Below, in pieces: positions 7,586-20,819 of a DNA stretch of 64,000 nucleotides. Below the pieces are notes generated by a model. The model was not told the origin of the DNA. It saw nothing but the letters and a program-made list of their open reading frames with translations, and did no database searches. Position numbers and translations under genes: made by a program. Within the stretch, counting starts at the first letter, position 1. Each line of letters begins with the position of its first letter. The stretch is from Rhynchopus sp. YZ270_cl-10 (Eukaryota). The stretch lies in assembly GCA_964035575.1 (NCBI GenBank), contig OZ037846.1, positions 806,001 to 870,000 of the forward strand. The letters run 5' to 3'.

Positions 7586-10500
7586 ATGGCAACCCGCACG
7601 GGGCCTTCTAATATTCCAGAAGGGAAGTCACTGGGGTCTGCGCCGGTTATCTTTTCGGCGTCTGTTGTTGTGCCGCCCGCTTCCGCTCCTGTTCCTGCCC
7701 CTGCCCCTGCTCCCGCTTCCGCTTCTGCATCTGCTTCTGTCTCTCCCTCCCCTTCTCCGTCTGCAGGGCAAGAAGTATTGACAAATGCGGCCACCACATC
7801 CGCACCACGTGGCAGACGACGTGATTCTCGGAGGAGAGGAGGATATTCGAGTGACCGTTCTGCTGGCTCCTCGGCATCGGAGGGTGGCAGACGTCGTCGT
7901 GGCGCAGGAGGTGGCGCGCTCTCCCGCACGCTCCCAGAGCTGCCCTGCCATGGCCAGGAGGCCTTCATGGAGGACGCTGCCGCTGCCCTTAATACACGCC
8001 TCACTGCGCTAGGCGCTACCTTCCAGCTTCCTCTCCTTGCAGATCGTACCCCGTATGGCTGCGCCATGCTTGTCTCCGATATTCTTATTATACTCCCAAC
8101 CCTTGCTTCCCCGGGTGACACTTCGGTTCTCCTGCAAAGCCTTGCTCTCACCCTAAGCTGGTGTTCCGAACCTTTAAACGAAGAAACCGCATTAGCAGTT
8201 CTCGAGGCAACAGAGGGGTTGGCGGTGCATGGTGACCCTGAGACATCGCATGCGGCTTGTGTAGCGTTGAATGCGTTGTTGAAACATTGTTTGCCGAAGA
8301 AAAAGCAGGGGGTACAGGCAAAGGTGATCACGATGCTTCCGGGGAATGATGGTACCGTTGATGGGACGTTGGCGGAGGTGTATCTCAATGCGGTGTCGGT
8401 GCAGACGAAGACGCAGGCAGCGTTGGCAGTAACGCATCTAGTAGAGCTAGGGTCGCACCTCATGCAGCAGGCCGCACCAACCAGCAGTCGCGCCTTTATG
8501 TCCTATTCGGAACGTCTAGGAAGCATTCTGCACCACCTCCACCACTCCTGCATCACCGCACTCCGACACAAAGACCTCCAACCCTCCAACGCACAACACG
8601 TTGCATCCCTCCTCCACCTCCTCCAATCTGCAGTGGCCCTCACACCGTACTATAAGCTTCCTGCAACGGCAGCGTTACTGTCAGAATTTATCCCAGACTT
8701 ATTGGTCATGGCAGCAGGCAATGAGAAAGGGTCAGTTATAGCGGCAATGCAGGTTCTCTGTTCTGCAGTAGGAAGTAAGCGTCCGTTTCAGCAAATGGCG
8801 TCGGCGCTGGAGGCTGCGCCCGAAGCGTTGGATCAAGTGTGTGAATTGGCGCGTACCCGGCATTTTGTTGCGTTTAAGCATGAGGCAGTGCGGTTGTGGT
8901 CAGCAGTAGCGAGAAACTACTCCTGGATCGTTCTGCCTCGTCTTGAGGTGCTGTTGCAACTCATCCGTGATCTGCAAGAAGCGCCCGACCAAATGTCGAA
9001 GCTCACCGCACTTCTATTCATCTCTGCTGCTTCCGACCAAAGCCTCCCCAGCGTCATGCAGCCAAGCGAAGAGATCCCCGTCATCGACTTCGCCTGCTTT
9101 GGTACAAGCAACCTCCCCCCTGGTGCTGACGCCACCGAAGTCACCACTACAGGCGATATGCTGCGAAAGCCCAGCACCGTCCAGGAAGGTGCCTCCACGC
9201 ATGCCTGCGTCTTCGCGGACAAACAGCCACTCTTTTTGGAAGTCGTCCACAGCCTGGTGCTCCCTCTTGTCAGCGACCCGGTTGCCGCAGTTCGAGGGCA
9301 CGCCGTGCTAGCGTTGGGGAACATCCCACCAGCGACGTTGGACTCTCTGCCATCTGAACAGAGCAGGCTTTTGTTTGACACTGTTCTGGAGACGTGTCGG
9401 GATGACAACAATACGGTGCGTGGCGCTGTGGCCAAGGTGGTTGGGGTGTGGGTGGGTGCTGCGTGCATCTTAGAACGCCGTGGGTGTGTTGTGAACGCAC
9501 TGCTGGAAATGTTCCGAGCGGAGCAGCAGGCACTGCACCAGAAGGCGGCCTGGGCTTTGTCATGTCTCTGCGAAAGACTGCGTGGTGCTGGCGACGTAGA
9601 CGACCAAGAAGCACTGAGCAGCATTGTGCGAGGTTGCATGGAGGTGTTGGACCGGCTGCCGAACAAAGTTCCTTGGAACGTTGTGCGTGCGCTTGGGAAT
9701 AGCGGGCTTCTGTATGCCGGCCCGTTGGATAGTGTGCTGCGTGCTTTGTCACGGCTTTTTGATGATTCAAATGTTAAAGTGCGTTGGAACACTGCGTACG
9801 CGATAGCCCAGATCTTCCGCAATCCGCATCTGAGGGTGGTTTACCAAGAGGCCAGTCAGAGTCGGTCTCCCTCACCACAAGGTGCGCTTGCGTTGGTCAC
9901 CAAGCTCGCAACAGTGCTGCAAAACGAACAGAACTTCAAGGTGCGGATCCAGGCGTGCTGGGCGTTGGCTGCACTGCAGGCCTTCCCGATCCAGGGGAAG
10001 ACTCTTCCTCTCGTGCTCGGGGCGGTGCTTAAGGCATTACATTCATGTGACAGCCACATCGATCATGAGCAATATAAATACCGTGATGTGCTGACAGTGT
10101 CGCTAAAGGGGTTGATCCTGCATGTACTCCGGTTTTGTATGAAGGTGGCAAAAGGAGCAACTGGCAGCACACTCTCTTCAGAAGATAAACACGAAGGTAT
10201 TTCAATCTGGCTGAATTTTTTTTCTACAGTGGAGATTGCACAAACTGTGGCAACACAGCCGAGGCAACTACACTACTCCAACTTTCGACTTTTATTCAAA
10301 AAAAAGTCGAAAGAGAAGAGCCCAAAAAAACGCGCTTTTTGTAGTCTAGGGGCAGGGGCCGAACGCATTTTTTTTACCTTTCTTTCTTTATTTTTTCCCA
10401 GCGTTTTTGACACATTGTGCCTGAAATTCTGAGAATTTAACTTCTATTCTTATCAAAACAAACCCCCTTTTCTCTCTTTCACTTGTAGTGAGGCCTTAAC

Positions 10501-13500
10501 AGGAGTTAGTCGCTAACAAAGAAGCGCACCTATCTCTTAACTGATAAAGTTAACTACAGTGAAATATAATACAAAACAAGCAGAGTAGCAAAAACAAAAA
10601 AACAAATATAGTGGAGTTCATCCTCGGGTGTCTACACTAATACAACCAAGTTTTCACAAAAAACAAAAACAAAAAACAAACATACTTTCCAACCCCTCTT
10701 CTCTCACAGTGGTGTCGTGCTTAGTTGATCTGCGGCCTCATATTGTGGAGGTGTTGGAAGGCATGTTACCGCCCTTGGACGAGGACATGCGTGACGAAAT
10801 GACTAGCATCTCCTCCCCTACCCCATGCACCGCGAGCTTCATAGACATCGATGAGGTGCCCATCATCACCTCGCAGAACGCAGCGAGCACGTCGCTCTTT
10901 ATTCACGACCCGTATGCAAGAAAAAAACCTAATTTTTGGTACCCCAGGAATAAAAAAAATACCAAGTACGCAATATGGGGTCGTCAGGAGCACCAATTTT
11001 TGTTTTTTTTAAACCCTTTAAGGACCAGAGGGGACATATATGTCCACGCAACCACCTAAATTGGCTTCCACTAGGACTTTTTGAAGATTTTTTTTTTTTA
11101 ATGAGAAGATTTTGTGCGAAATCTTTCAAAAGACGCAAGATTCGATTTTTTTTGACGCTCTCATCCCCTCTCATGCACACCCGGCATTATCACATAATAG
11201 GGTATTTTGGGTCATTTTTTGGGAATAATGTACCATTCTGACGCGCTTGAGTCATAAGAGGATTCAAACTTTGGTGTGCAGGGAACCATTTTGTACGGTC
11301 TTCAGAACGAAACTAAAATAATGGAAAATACCCGCGACTGGGCACAGTAACACGCGTAGTTGCAGTTCCTGACCCTGAACTGGATGTGCCTCTTCTCCGT
11401 GTATTTATTGCATTTTGTCTTTTGAGGGACATTGTACAGAAAATCTATATCAACACGGTCAAGGTACAGAGACACTGGTAGGAGGGTGTTGGTCGACAAC
11501 TTCTTCTTGCTTGGGAAACAGGCGTCTGAAAACAGATTACATGTGCGGGGATGCGGCGTTCACCTTTGTTCAGCACCAGGCCAAGTTGGCCAAAAGTCCC
11601 AAAAGCCCCAACTTTTGTACTGTCCAACCTCTGTACAATTACGGTATATCATACATTCCATGACTTTGCGTATACTTTTTCATATTTTGCACTCAGAAAT
11701 GTGAGATGCATATTTTTGATCGTCCGACCCCGCAATTGAACGTTTCGAATCGGCCGGATCCAAAGAAAAAAAAATCCAGAAAAAAAAATTTTTTTTCCAA
11801 AAAAAATATCAGGGTGAGCGTATTTTTGTTTTGGCTCTCGGTGAGGTGGGTATGTGGCATGTAATTTTTCCCACCCGAAAACCAGCGGAAGTGAATTTCC
11901 GAGCTCCCCGCTTTTCACCATAAAAAAAATCGACCACTTTCGTGGAGTAGAAGTCAATTTAAAGTGGCTCCATGGGTATTTATACAGTAACGTATAGGGA
12001 TTTCAGTGCAGAAAAGGGGGTCGGCTCCACCAAAAGTTGCGTACCGTGGAGTGTGTTTCCGGGCTAAAAAAATGGTCGGAATTGAAAGATTTGTAAAAAA
12101 TAAATCCAAAGAAAAAAAAATCGAAAACTTTCTTCAAAAAAAATCCAATTTAGAGACGCCACTGTGTTGCTACCCAAAGAGGAGGTTTTCTTAAGGAAGC
12201 CCTTAAGAAACCTGCATAGAAACGTGAAAAAAAGGGTCGGCTCCACCAAAAGTTGCATCCCGTGGAGTGTGTTTCCGGGGTAAAAAATTTGTCCGAATTG
12301 AAGGATTTGTAAAAAATAAATCCAAAGAAACAAAAATCGAAAACTTTCTCCAAAAATAAATCAATTTATACCCCGCAGGGTATACTTTATTCCCTCCCTC
12401 CGGCAAAAATTATTACCCTCAAGGGAGCACTTTATCTCCCTGAAGGTCACTTTATCTCCCTGAAGGTCCACTTTATCTCCCTAGGGAGATAAAGTGAGCT
12501 TCAGGGAGATAAAGTGACCTTCAGGGAGATAAAGTGACCTTCAGGGAGATAAAGTGACCTTCAGGGAGATAAAGTAAAAGCTTCAGGGAGATAAAGTGAC
12601 CTTCAGGGAGATAAAGTGGAATTTTTTTTTTTTTTTTAGTTTTGGGCCTAAGGTGAAAAAAACCCACTTCTAGGTACCTATATGGGCCCAAAAATGCCAA
12701 AAAACGAAAAATTTTGCATTTTTGACCATCGGGAGGGCAAAAGTATACCCTACGGGGTATAAAATTACATATTTACCCCCGGGGACTCACATATCTCCCC
12801 TCGGGAGCCAATATTTCCCCTCGGGCCCTACGGGCCCTCGGGGAAATATTGGCTCCCTCGGGGGAGATAAAGTGAGTCCCCGGGGGTAGAATAAATAACT
12901 GTTACAAACGCCACTGTGTTACGACTAAAAGAGGGGGTTTTCTTAAGGAAGTCCTTAAGAAACCTGCATAGAAACGTTCCCAAAGGGGGTACCACAGCCA
13001 AAAATCACCTAACCATCCACAGAGGCATAAAAAAAATCGTGCGACCCCGGAATTGAACGTTTTCGTAACCGATCTTTCCAAAGAAATAAAAATCGAAAAA
13101 AAAATCGGGGGAAAAAATTCATAAAATCCAGCTGTCCACGGACAGTTGCATTTGCGACCCAGGCCGTGCATTGTTGATCCCCGAAAATGGGCGGAAGTGA
13201 ATTTCCGGATCGATCTGAAAAAATTCCGGGGTCGCAACATTTTTTTGGCGGATTTTTTATCACTTTAAACTGGCTCCAGAAACAGGCTTTTCTATACGCA
13301 AAGTCATGGAATGTATGATATATAGTTGGTTGGTACCTTCTCTCCATGCAGTGAGACATTATCTACTAGGACTTTTTGATCGATTTTTTTTTTCTTTTGA
13401 AAGATTTTGAACCGATCTTTCAAATAAAGCCATTTTCGAAAACCGAAAAAACAGGTGCGCAACCGGAATAATTTTTTTCTTCAAAATTTTCAGAAAAAAA

Positions 13501-14571
13501 ATCAGCTCTCCTCAATTTTCAATTTTCCATTTTTCTAATTTTATTTCGATTTCTGCTCCATTTGAAAGATCTGCTCAAAATCTTTCAATTGCGGCCAGGT
13601 ACGATCAAAAATATGCATCGGATCTCATTTTACCTATGGGAGAGAAGATCCTAGCAAATCGAAAAAATCGGTCGTGGTCCATAAAGGGTTAAACTCGGTA
13701 TTCACCCCTCGCTGCCGAGGCAGTGTGGCTGCTCTTTTTTGTTCTCGCTATACTCCAACGGAGAATTTTTTTTTTTACTCGCCCCCCCCAAAAAAAAGCA
13801 TAGCAACTCTCATTAAAAAAACTGGTGACTTTATGTTGGTCTATAACAATTTTTTTTGCAACTGACACGCTGGAGAGGCCCTGGCCAAAGGAGTGTGGTG
13901 GAAGTGTGCAATGCAACAAACGGTCGAGATCTGATCAAGCGAAACGGATATATTTCCCCCCCTTTTTTCTCTCTCTCACGTTTCCTCATTCCCTATCTCT
14001 TTTGCATTACTTTTGGTTTCATCCGGGGCTGGCATCGTACGTGGGTCAGTTGGAGGTGCCTGCATCAATAACTACAGTTTGTTGCATCAACTACCCCCTC
14101 TTCTACAGGCGTTGGGTGCAGCTGAAGGGCAGCATCGAGGTCATCCTAGCAGACGTACGTGCCACTGTCGCACCACCACGCGTAGTACCGGCAGAGCTGA
14201 CCAGCCCCGTAACGGCTGTAGATGCAAGCCACCTGGAGGTATGTTACTATGATGTTTGCGACTCACCTAAAAGAGGGGGGGGTGTCTCGGTTGTTTGGCT
14301 CTTGATTTAGGGAAATAAATGCGTAAATAATGGTTTTTTTGATTAAATATTCTGCAAAACCCGTAAACGAAGCAAAATAATAACCGATTTAGCAAATAAT
14401 ATACGGATGCGAATAATAAGGGGGGTTTTAAAGACCACAACAAAAAGTGCACAAAGCAAAAATTACAAAAAAAACTTTCATCCTATTCCTCCTCTACAGC
14501 AAACCCTGCACAACTTCGCAGCTATGTTCCAATCTGTGCCTGCAATCGATGAGGAATCCAGCGCTGGGTAG
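7586..14571 (+). CDS. HEATR6: HEAT-repeat protein, HEATR6-like; predicted exons 7586-10196, 10710-10911, 14109-14238, 14500-14571 (1004 aa)
   Basis: HEAT/ARM-type helical repeats with NVKVRWNTAYAIAQIF and NFKVRIQACWAL motifs resembling HEATR6. Three GT-AG introns (GTATT, GTATG, GTATG donors; pyrimidine tract plus ACAG acceptors) join in phases 1, 2, 0 to give 3015 nt ending in TAG. The tail of the ORF-track call (10197-10432) is intronic. Confidence 0.78.
11649..13318. mobile_element. TA-target MITE (Tc1/mariner-like) nested in P1
   Basis: 26-bp perfect TIR TCATACATTCCATGACTTTGCGTATA; TA duplication supported by the empty site at ~22296-22312. Confidence 0.85.
12365..12895. repeat. Foldback element: inverted arrays of a 20-bp unit plus a long imperfect hairpin
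   Basis: CTTTATCTCCCTGAAGGTCA units flip orientation around CTAG at 12481-12484; second palindrome 12774-12888 centred on GGGCCC-TAC-GGGCCC. Confidence 0.8.
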
Positions 14572-15203
14572 TTCCTTGTTTGTTCTGTGTGCGCATTTTT
14601 GTTTCCCCGTTCTTTTATATTATGCACACTACTTTGCGAACGGAAAGTGTTAATGTCGTTCACTCATCCCAAACCGTGCTCCGCAACACCACCCTACAAG
14701 GTGTAGAGGTAGTGTGAGGAAGCGACAACGCATCAAACAACTACAAGAAAGGGGAGTGCTACTTTTGAGGTTTGCATGGACACGACCAAGCTGTGTTTTA
14801 GTACGTTTCAACTGATCTCTCTCTCTCTTTTTTTTTTTTTATTTTTTTTTTTTTTATGGACAACTCTGTCTTTCTTAAGTAACACTATTCTTAATCATTT
14901 CGTTTAAGATGTAAGGTAACTAAGCGCGAAGAGGCTCAGGTGTCTCTAACATTTTTCTTTGTTTTCTCGTTTCTGGCTGCCATATTGTGATGGTGGTCTG
15001 AAATCAAACAAATAAACATTCTTTTCATGATAACGATTATGATGAAAGGTGACTAAGCACAGAGAGGCTTAGGGTCATATAAACTTTCTTCTTTCTTTGG
15101 TTCTCGCATTTCCTGCTCTTTTCACCTGATTTTTACCCGCGTATAGGCGCGTATAGGGCCATATAGGGCCGTACAGGCATATACGGACCGTCCGTACACG
15201 CTA

Positions 15204-17516
15204 AAGGGGGGGTAGACCTATTATTACAGTAGACCTATTATTCCGTAATAATAGGTCCACCGTTTTTGGCCTTTTATTTAAAGTTTAACCCTTTAGACCC
15301 GAAGCCAGATTTTCGACCCACTTTTGAGTTTTGGTTTTGGGGGCTCTCCAACCGGTAAAGGGACCCCAGATGCAAATTTTTAATCGTACCTGGCCGCAAT
15401 TGAAAGATTTTGAACACGGCTTTCAATTCCATTATCTTAAGTTTTTTTTCGCAAAAAAATGTTTTACCCAAAATGAGGTACGCATAAAATCCATCTTTTG
15501 GTTTTTTACTGATCCTTCCGGCAAAAAAAATCACCGTAAATTATTGCTGTCCGAAAATGGCGTTATTTGAAAGATGACCACAAAATCTTTTCAAACAAAA
15601 AAAAATCGAGCAAAAAGTCCTAGTAGAATCCAACTTAGATGAGTGTAGCTCTGTTAGCAGCATGTCTAAAAATCGATTTCCCTAACGATTTACACTGAAA
15701 CACCACTACACACGTAAAAAGGTGATTTTTTTCACGTTTTTGGGCATCTACAGGTCCGAAACACCCCCAGAATGGGTCAGAATGACCCCGTGTGCCGAAC
15801 ATTCACAAAAAAAGCACCCTAAAATACGAAAAAATAGTGAAAACCCGGCTTATAACGTGTTTTGGGTGGTAATAAGGCAAAGAATAGTCAGAAAAACAGT
15901 GATTTTGGTGGTGGTTCTCACGGACTTCCAAATTGCACTCAGATGCACAAAAGTTTTCGATTCTTGCTTCTTTTGACAGATTTGACATCAAATCTTTCCA
16001 AAAATGCAAAAATATTTTCACGAAAATGAGTAGAACCCCACTTATCAACTCTACTAGCTTTACGACCTTGGCAACGTACAACCCGTGATTTTGGTGGTAA
16101 AATCACACCAAAATCCGAGGATATCACAGATGCATAAAAGTTTTCGATTTTTGCGTATTTTGAAAGATGAGAACGAAATCTTTCCACACAAAAAAAGTGT
16201 TTTCACGAAAACGACTAGAAAAATTCTTATCACATGGCGGCCCTGAAAAGTGGCTTTTTCCCGTATTTTTTCATGCTCCCCGGCATCCAAGGAAACCCCA
16301 GATGCATAAAAGTGTTCTTAGATGGCGTATTTTGAAAGATCGGCTAAAAATCTTTCAAAATATAAAAAAATGTTTTTCTGAAAATGAGTAGAACCCCAGT
16401 AATAGCCTAGTGGCATTAGGAGGGTTATTTCAGGGGGTGTTGGTCAAAAAACATGATTTTCCGTGGCAGCTCCGCCTTCCCCCCAGCATCCAAAAAAATA
16501 TCAGATGAACAAAACTTTTCGATTCTTGCTTCTTTTGAAAGATCGGCGCAAAATCTTTCAAAATATAAAAAATGTTTTCCCCATTTTGAGTAGAACACTC
16601 CTAATTGTATGGCGCCATTCGGGTGGCCATATATGGGTATCTCGGGTCTAAAGGGTTAACTTTTGAAAGTTTAAAAAATTTTAAGTTTAACTGTAATAAT
16701 AGGTGTGACCCTAAGGTGGTAGGGTGGGTTGGCGGTGTGAGAACCATGCATGGGCCACACACGGCATGCGTTTGGCAACCACACGTTGTGGTTAACGCCT
16801 GCATAGCATGTGCAGAGCGTTGTGTGTAACGCAAAGACACAAAGGGGTTTGCCCATGGGGACGAGTTTGAGCAGCCCACCGAAGGTGGGCTGCGTTTGGT
16901 AACCACTCGTTCCCTTGCTTGGGTTCCTTTTTTGCGTTTGGTAACCTCGTAGCCTTGCTTGGGTTCCTTTCGTTGCGTACAGATCGGTTGCGTTGTGCTG
17001 GTTGTGTTTGTTGCCACATGTTCGTGGGTACCTGTTGGTTTCTTTTCAGATCTTTGCATACCACGATCAAGAGGGAGTGGTAAGGATTAGCAAAACTAAA
17101 TTGCATCAAGGATACAACTGAGCTCGTTGTCGCTGTCGATCTCCAAAGGCTCTATCACATCGTGATCGAGGTCAACGACAGGGATCGGCTCATCTTCCAT
17201 CTCCACATCCACATCCAGAGACTCATCCAGATCCACGTATTGAGGTTCTGGTTTAGGCGGTGCAGACACAATCACAGGAGAGTCAGAGCCAGACATGTTT
17301 TAAAAGTTGGAATGATTTTGTCTTGTAATCCTGACAGGACTATTGACTATGTGGGGGCGGTAAGGGTGGAATAGGTGTAATAGGTGTAATAGTGGTTAAA
17401 TAGCGCTTAAATAGCACTGTAATAATAGGTCATTAAACTTTTCAAAAGTTAAACTTTTTTGGGATTTTTCAGGAAAAAAAATTTTTTAAGGTGTAATAAT
17501 AGGTCTGCTCCCCCTT
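15204..17516. mobile_element. TA-target non-autonomous DNA transposon (family T1, copy 1)
   Basis: TIR AAGGGGGRGTAGACCTATTATTACA / TGTAATAATAGGTCTGCTCCCCCTT; TA on both sides; second copy at 21831-23750; internal acidic ORF remnant 17096-17296 (-). Confidence 0.85.
15289..16655. mobile_element. Non-autonomous piggyBac-like element (family P2) nested in T1 copy 1
   Basis: 14-bp perfect TIR CCCTTTAGACCCGA with TTAA duplication (15285-15288, 16656-16659). Confidence 0.88.
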
Positions 17517-18129
17517 TATACGCGGGGTAAAAATCAGGTGGTCTTTATAGAAGATCCGTACTATGTGGCATTCCTCTGTTCGGTTGCTCACATTCCGAAA
17601 TGTCAATACCTCTCATAGACTATGTTTTCTTTTCTTCCCGTTCAGTTCTTTTTTTGTGAAACAGCCAGTTCTCTTTCAGTTTGCAACCCACTCTGGCAGC
17701 TTCCTGTTCTAAAGAAAAAGGAAAAAAGAAAATCTATGTGTGCACTGTTTGATATCAGTTCTGGGCAATTCCTTTGCGGAGTATTGCCTTTATTGCGTGC
17801 GTGTTTGATAGCTAATAGGGGTAATTCTGTCGTAGAATATGGTTTTATGTGGGTATTTTGGAGTACATGGGTAATTTCCTGGAATAAACCTCGTTTTTTT
17901 TTGTGTTCATATTCATGCATCGTACGGTGGGTCAGTCAGAGGTGTGGGCCTGGCAGTTACCAATTTATGTATTGTCTTCAAAGGGGTTTCTTGGGCAACA
18001 ACTTCATTCTAGATTATTGCCCATTAAGGGGCATTGCACTGTAAACGGAGTCCTGAAATGGGTGTGTCCAAGGGAGGGGTTTATTTTTTTCTTTTTTTCT
18101 TGCCTGCCCCTTTATTCCTTCATCACTAT

Positions 18130-19177
18130 GGCAGCGTCCGCGAAAGACCCCCCCCTAAAGCTAACATCCATGCTTATTGGTATTTCACTAATTAAAATTT
18201 TGGTATTTTATAAGATTTTTTTTTAAAATGAACTCAGAGTTAAGTTTCTGAGTTCATTAAAAAAAAAATCGGTGAAAAATTCCGAGTAGGTATTAATTTA
18301 GATAGGAAAAGCTATGTCAACAGCTATGTGTCCCCTTATTTTACCTGTAAATACTAAGGATATACAAGGAAATCCTCACAAACACCCATATAACCACCCA
18401 TAGAACAACACAACAGGGGGAAATGTAATCAGCAGCCAAAGCATTCGCTCAGGAGCTGAAAACCCGGCCTTTCCGAGGCCTAAAAAACTTCGCCGAGCTG
18501 CAGGTGTATGCAGGGGTTCACTGGCAGGGGGGCAAAGGGTGGGGCGCGAGGAGCTGGATGCGCGAGGTGTGTAGCTCGAAGCATATGTCCCTCCATATGC
18601 AGAAGACAACCACCAGGAGAAAAGGGGCGTCCGCCGTTTACTACTCCTGTAGTTGCATCAGCGACACCCTCAGGAGGACAGTGACAGCGAGACGGAGGAG
18701 GAAGAGGAGGAACAGGCGGACAATTGTCTGTAACTCTTGGAGAGACTCATCACGGAGGTCAATAGGGTCACTCAAAAAAGGGGGTTTTCTGCGAGAAAGT
18801 CGACGTCGCCGCAGACGACCCGGAGCGTGAAGCTCTTTCGCGCTCTATTTAGAGTGTTCGGAGGGGACGACAAGCCTCCACCCCCCTTTCCTACCCCCTT
18901 TTTGATAATGGGTTTAGAGACAGATATTAGTGAATTCCTTCCTATATCCTTAGTATTTACAGGTAAAATAAGGGGACACATAGCTGTTGACATAGCTTTT
19001 CCTATCTAAATTAATACCTACTCGGAATTTTTCACCGATTTTTTTTTTAATGAACTCAGAAACTTAACTCTGAGTTCATTTTAAAAAAAAATCTTATAAA
19101 ATACCAAAATTTTAATTAGTGAAATACCAATAAGCATGGATGTTAGCTTTAGGGGGGGGTCTTTCGCGGACGCTCCC
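18130..19177. mobile_element. Long-TIR (~235 bp) non-autonomous transposon with 4-bp TSD (possibly Sola-like), copy 1
   Basis: Near-perfect long inverted arms; TSD CTAT; nearly identical inverted copy at 46188-47234. Confidence 0.88.
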
Positions 19178-20819
19178 CTATGGGGAATTTCAGTGATCTC
19201 AGTGATACAAGAAACACAGGGTTGGAATGTGTGGGAATGGGACTAACTGAAAGAGGGGGAGGGGAGGGGAGGGAGGGGAGGGGAGGAGGGGGGTATTGTT
19301 TGGAGAGGGGTGGCTAAAAATCCTTTATACTTCTATTTGAGCCTGTTCTATCCTGGTTTAAAAACGTTTCATTGAGCGGGTATTTGGTGCCTTTTAGGTC
19401 CAAAAATTGGGAGGGAATTTGGGAGGGTATATTTTTTTTATAAAAAAAGTGGAGATTTGCACCAACTGTGGCAACACAATCCGAGGCAACTACACTACTC
19501 CAACAATTTATCAAAAAACAACAATCAAAATATAAATTTTAATTATGTGTCACTATCTCAAAAAAGAATGCATTTTTTTTTTTAAATGCAAACTGTACCA
19601 AAAATCGAAAAATGATTAACCCTTTATTTTTTTTCTGCTCTCCCCCTTTTTTTTTGTGATTCCCCGAGCGGTTATGAACCGCCTCCGTTCTCTTACGGTA
19701 CGCAACACCCACATGGGCTTCACCCTTTGCATGAGTTCTACTGAGATGCGTTTTAGCACGTTTCAATTATTCCCCCTTCTTTCTTTCTTTTTTTTCTTTT
19801 TTTTCTTTTTTTTTTGAGCTGCCTCAAGCCCGTTCATCGTTTTTCTCTTCACTGTTTTAAGGTGACTAAGTTCAGAGAGAGTTTCCCCTCCGCCTGACTC
19901 TGCTGTGTCAAACAAACAAATTATTCGTGACTGATGAACTTTTCCCCTCTTTTTATTGCACTTCTGCAATTCCACACACAGTCAGCTGATGCTGTGCGAT
20001 AACGATTGTCATTAAGGTAACTAAGCACAGAGAGGCTTAGGTTCATCACATAAACTTTTCCCCAACGAAGGGGCTGGCGTCCATCTTACTTTAAGCCTTC
20101 AGTTTCATGTGCTGCTCTTGCCCCATGGTCACATATATCTTCTTTCCTGCTTCTTCTTCTCCCACCATTGCTCGAGTTAAATTGTGAGACCACTCGCTTA
20201 AAGAAGGTTGCTAAACACGCGAGATTTGGATGCTGATCTTCTTTGCGAACTTTGCTTTCACGTCTCTTCTCCTTGCCAGCGCACTTTGCATGTTTTTCCT
20301 AAGGTGAGGAGATGTAAAAAATAGTATAGTCTGATGTGGCTGTATAGGGCTAGGGTGTGTACCCTAGAAGGACCCAAGAAGTACCCAATTTACACCTAAT
20401 TTTTAGGAAAATCACACCATTAGTGGAGTACATCCTCGGGTGGTACGGTACAGTGATGGGAAGATGGGTCATTGAGTAACTCTGTGGAGTAAAAAAAAAG
20501 TTGCGTTTTTTTCTTCTTCTTTTTTTTCCGTCTGTCGGGCAGGGCTATTTCTAAAAACCTGTCCCTGTCCCCGATTTTTGGAAAATGAAAGTTGCCAAAA
20601 AATTTGCACGGGGCTTATATACAGGGTACAGTACTTACCAAGAGAGGGGTGATGGGCTTTCTGCTTGAAGAAAGTTGCCGATTTTTTTTGTGTTGGAAAG
20701 TTTTCTTCCAGATTGTGCAAGACACGGGGTTTTTGGTATTTTCTGAAAAAACAGAGAGGGCGCACCAGGCCGCATGCCGGAGGTGCTATGATGGGGTTTC
20801 TTAGAAAACTTGTTCTCTA

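Larger units (their letters stand above)
11014..13688. mobile_element. Non-autonomous piggyBac-like element (family P1) in HEATR6 intron 2, carrying nested insertions
   Basis: TIR CCCTTTAAGGACCA / TGGTCCATAAAGGG; TAAA left and TTAA right; inverted uninterrupted copy at 21940-22940. Confidence 0.85.
15123..17540. mobile_element. Small TIR element (CACCTGATTTTTACCC..GCGTATA) split by nested insertions
   Basis: About 24-bp inverted termini at 15123 and 17540; no clear TSD. Confidence 0.55.

Noticed and set aside
10197..10432. C-terminal 78 aa of the 948-aa ORF call
   Set aside because: Low-complexity sequence containing a dispersed repeat after a good donor; better explained as intron 1.
12425..12620. 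CRISPR-like look of the 20-bp repeats
   Set aside because: No unique spacers, orientation flips, no cas genes, eukaryotic context.
20090..20292. Minus-strand coding-like fragment (MQSALARRRDVKAKF...)
   Set aside because: Internal stop, short, no recognisable homology.
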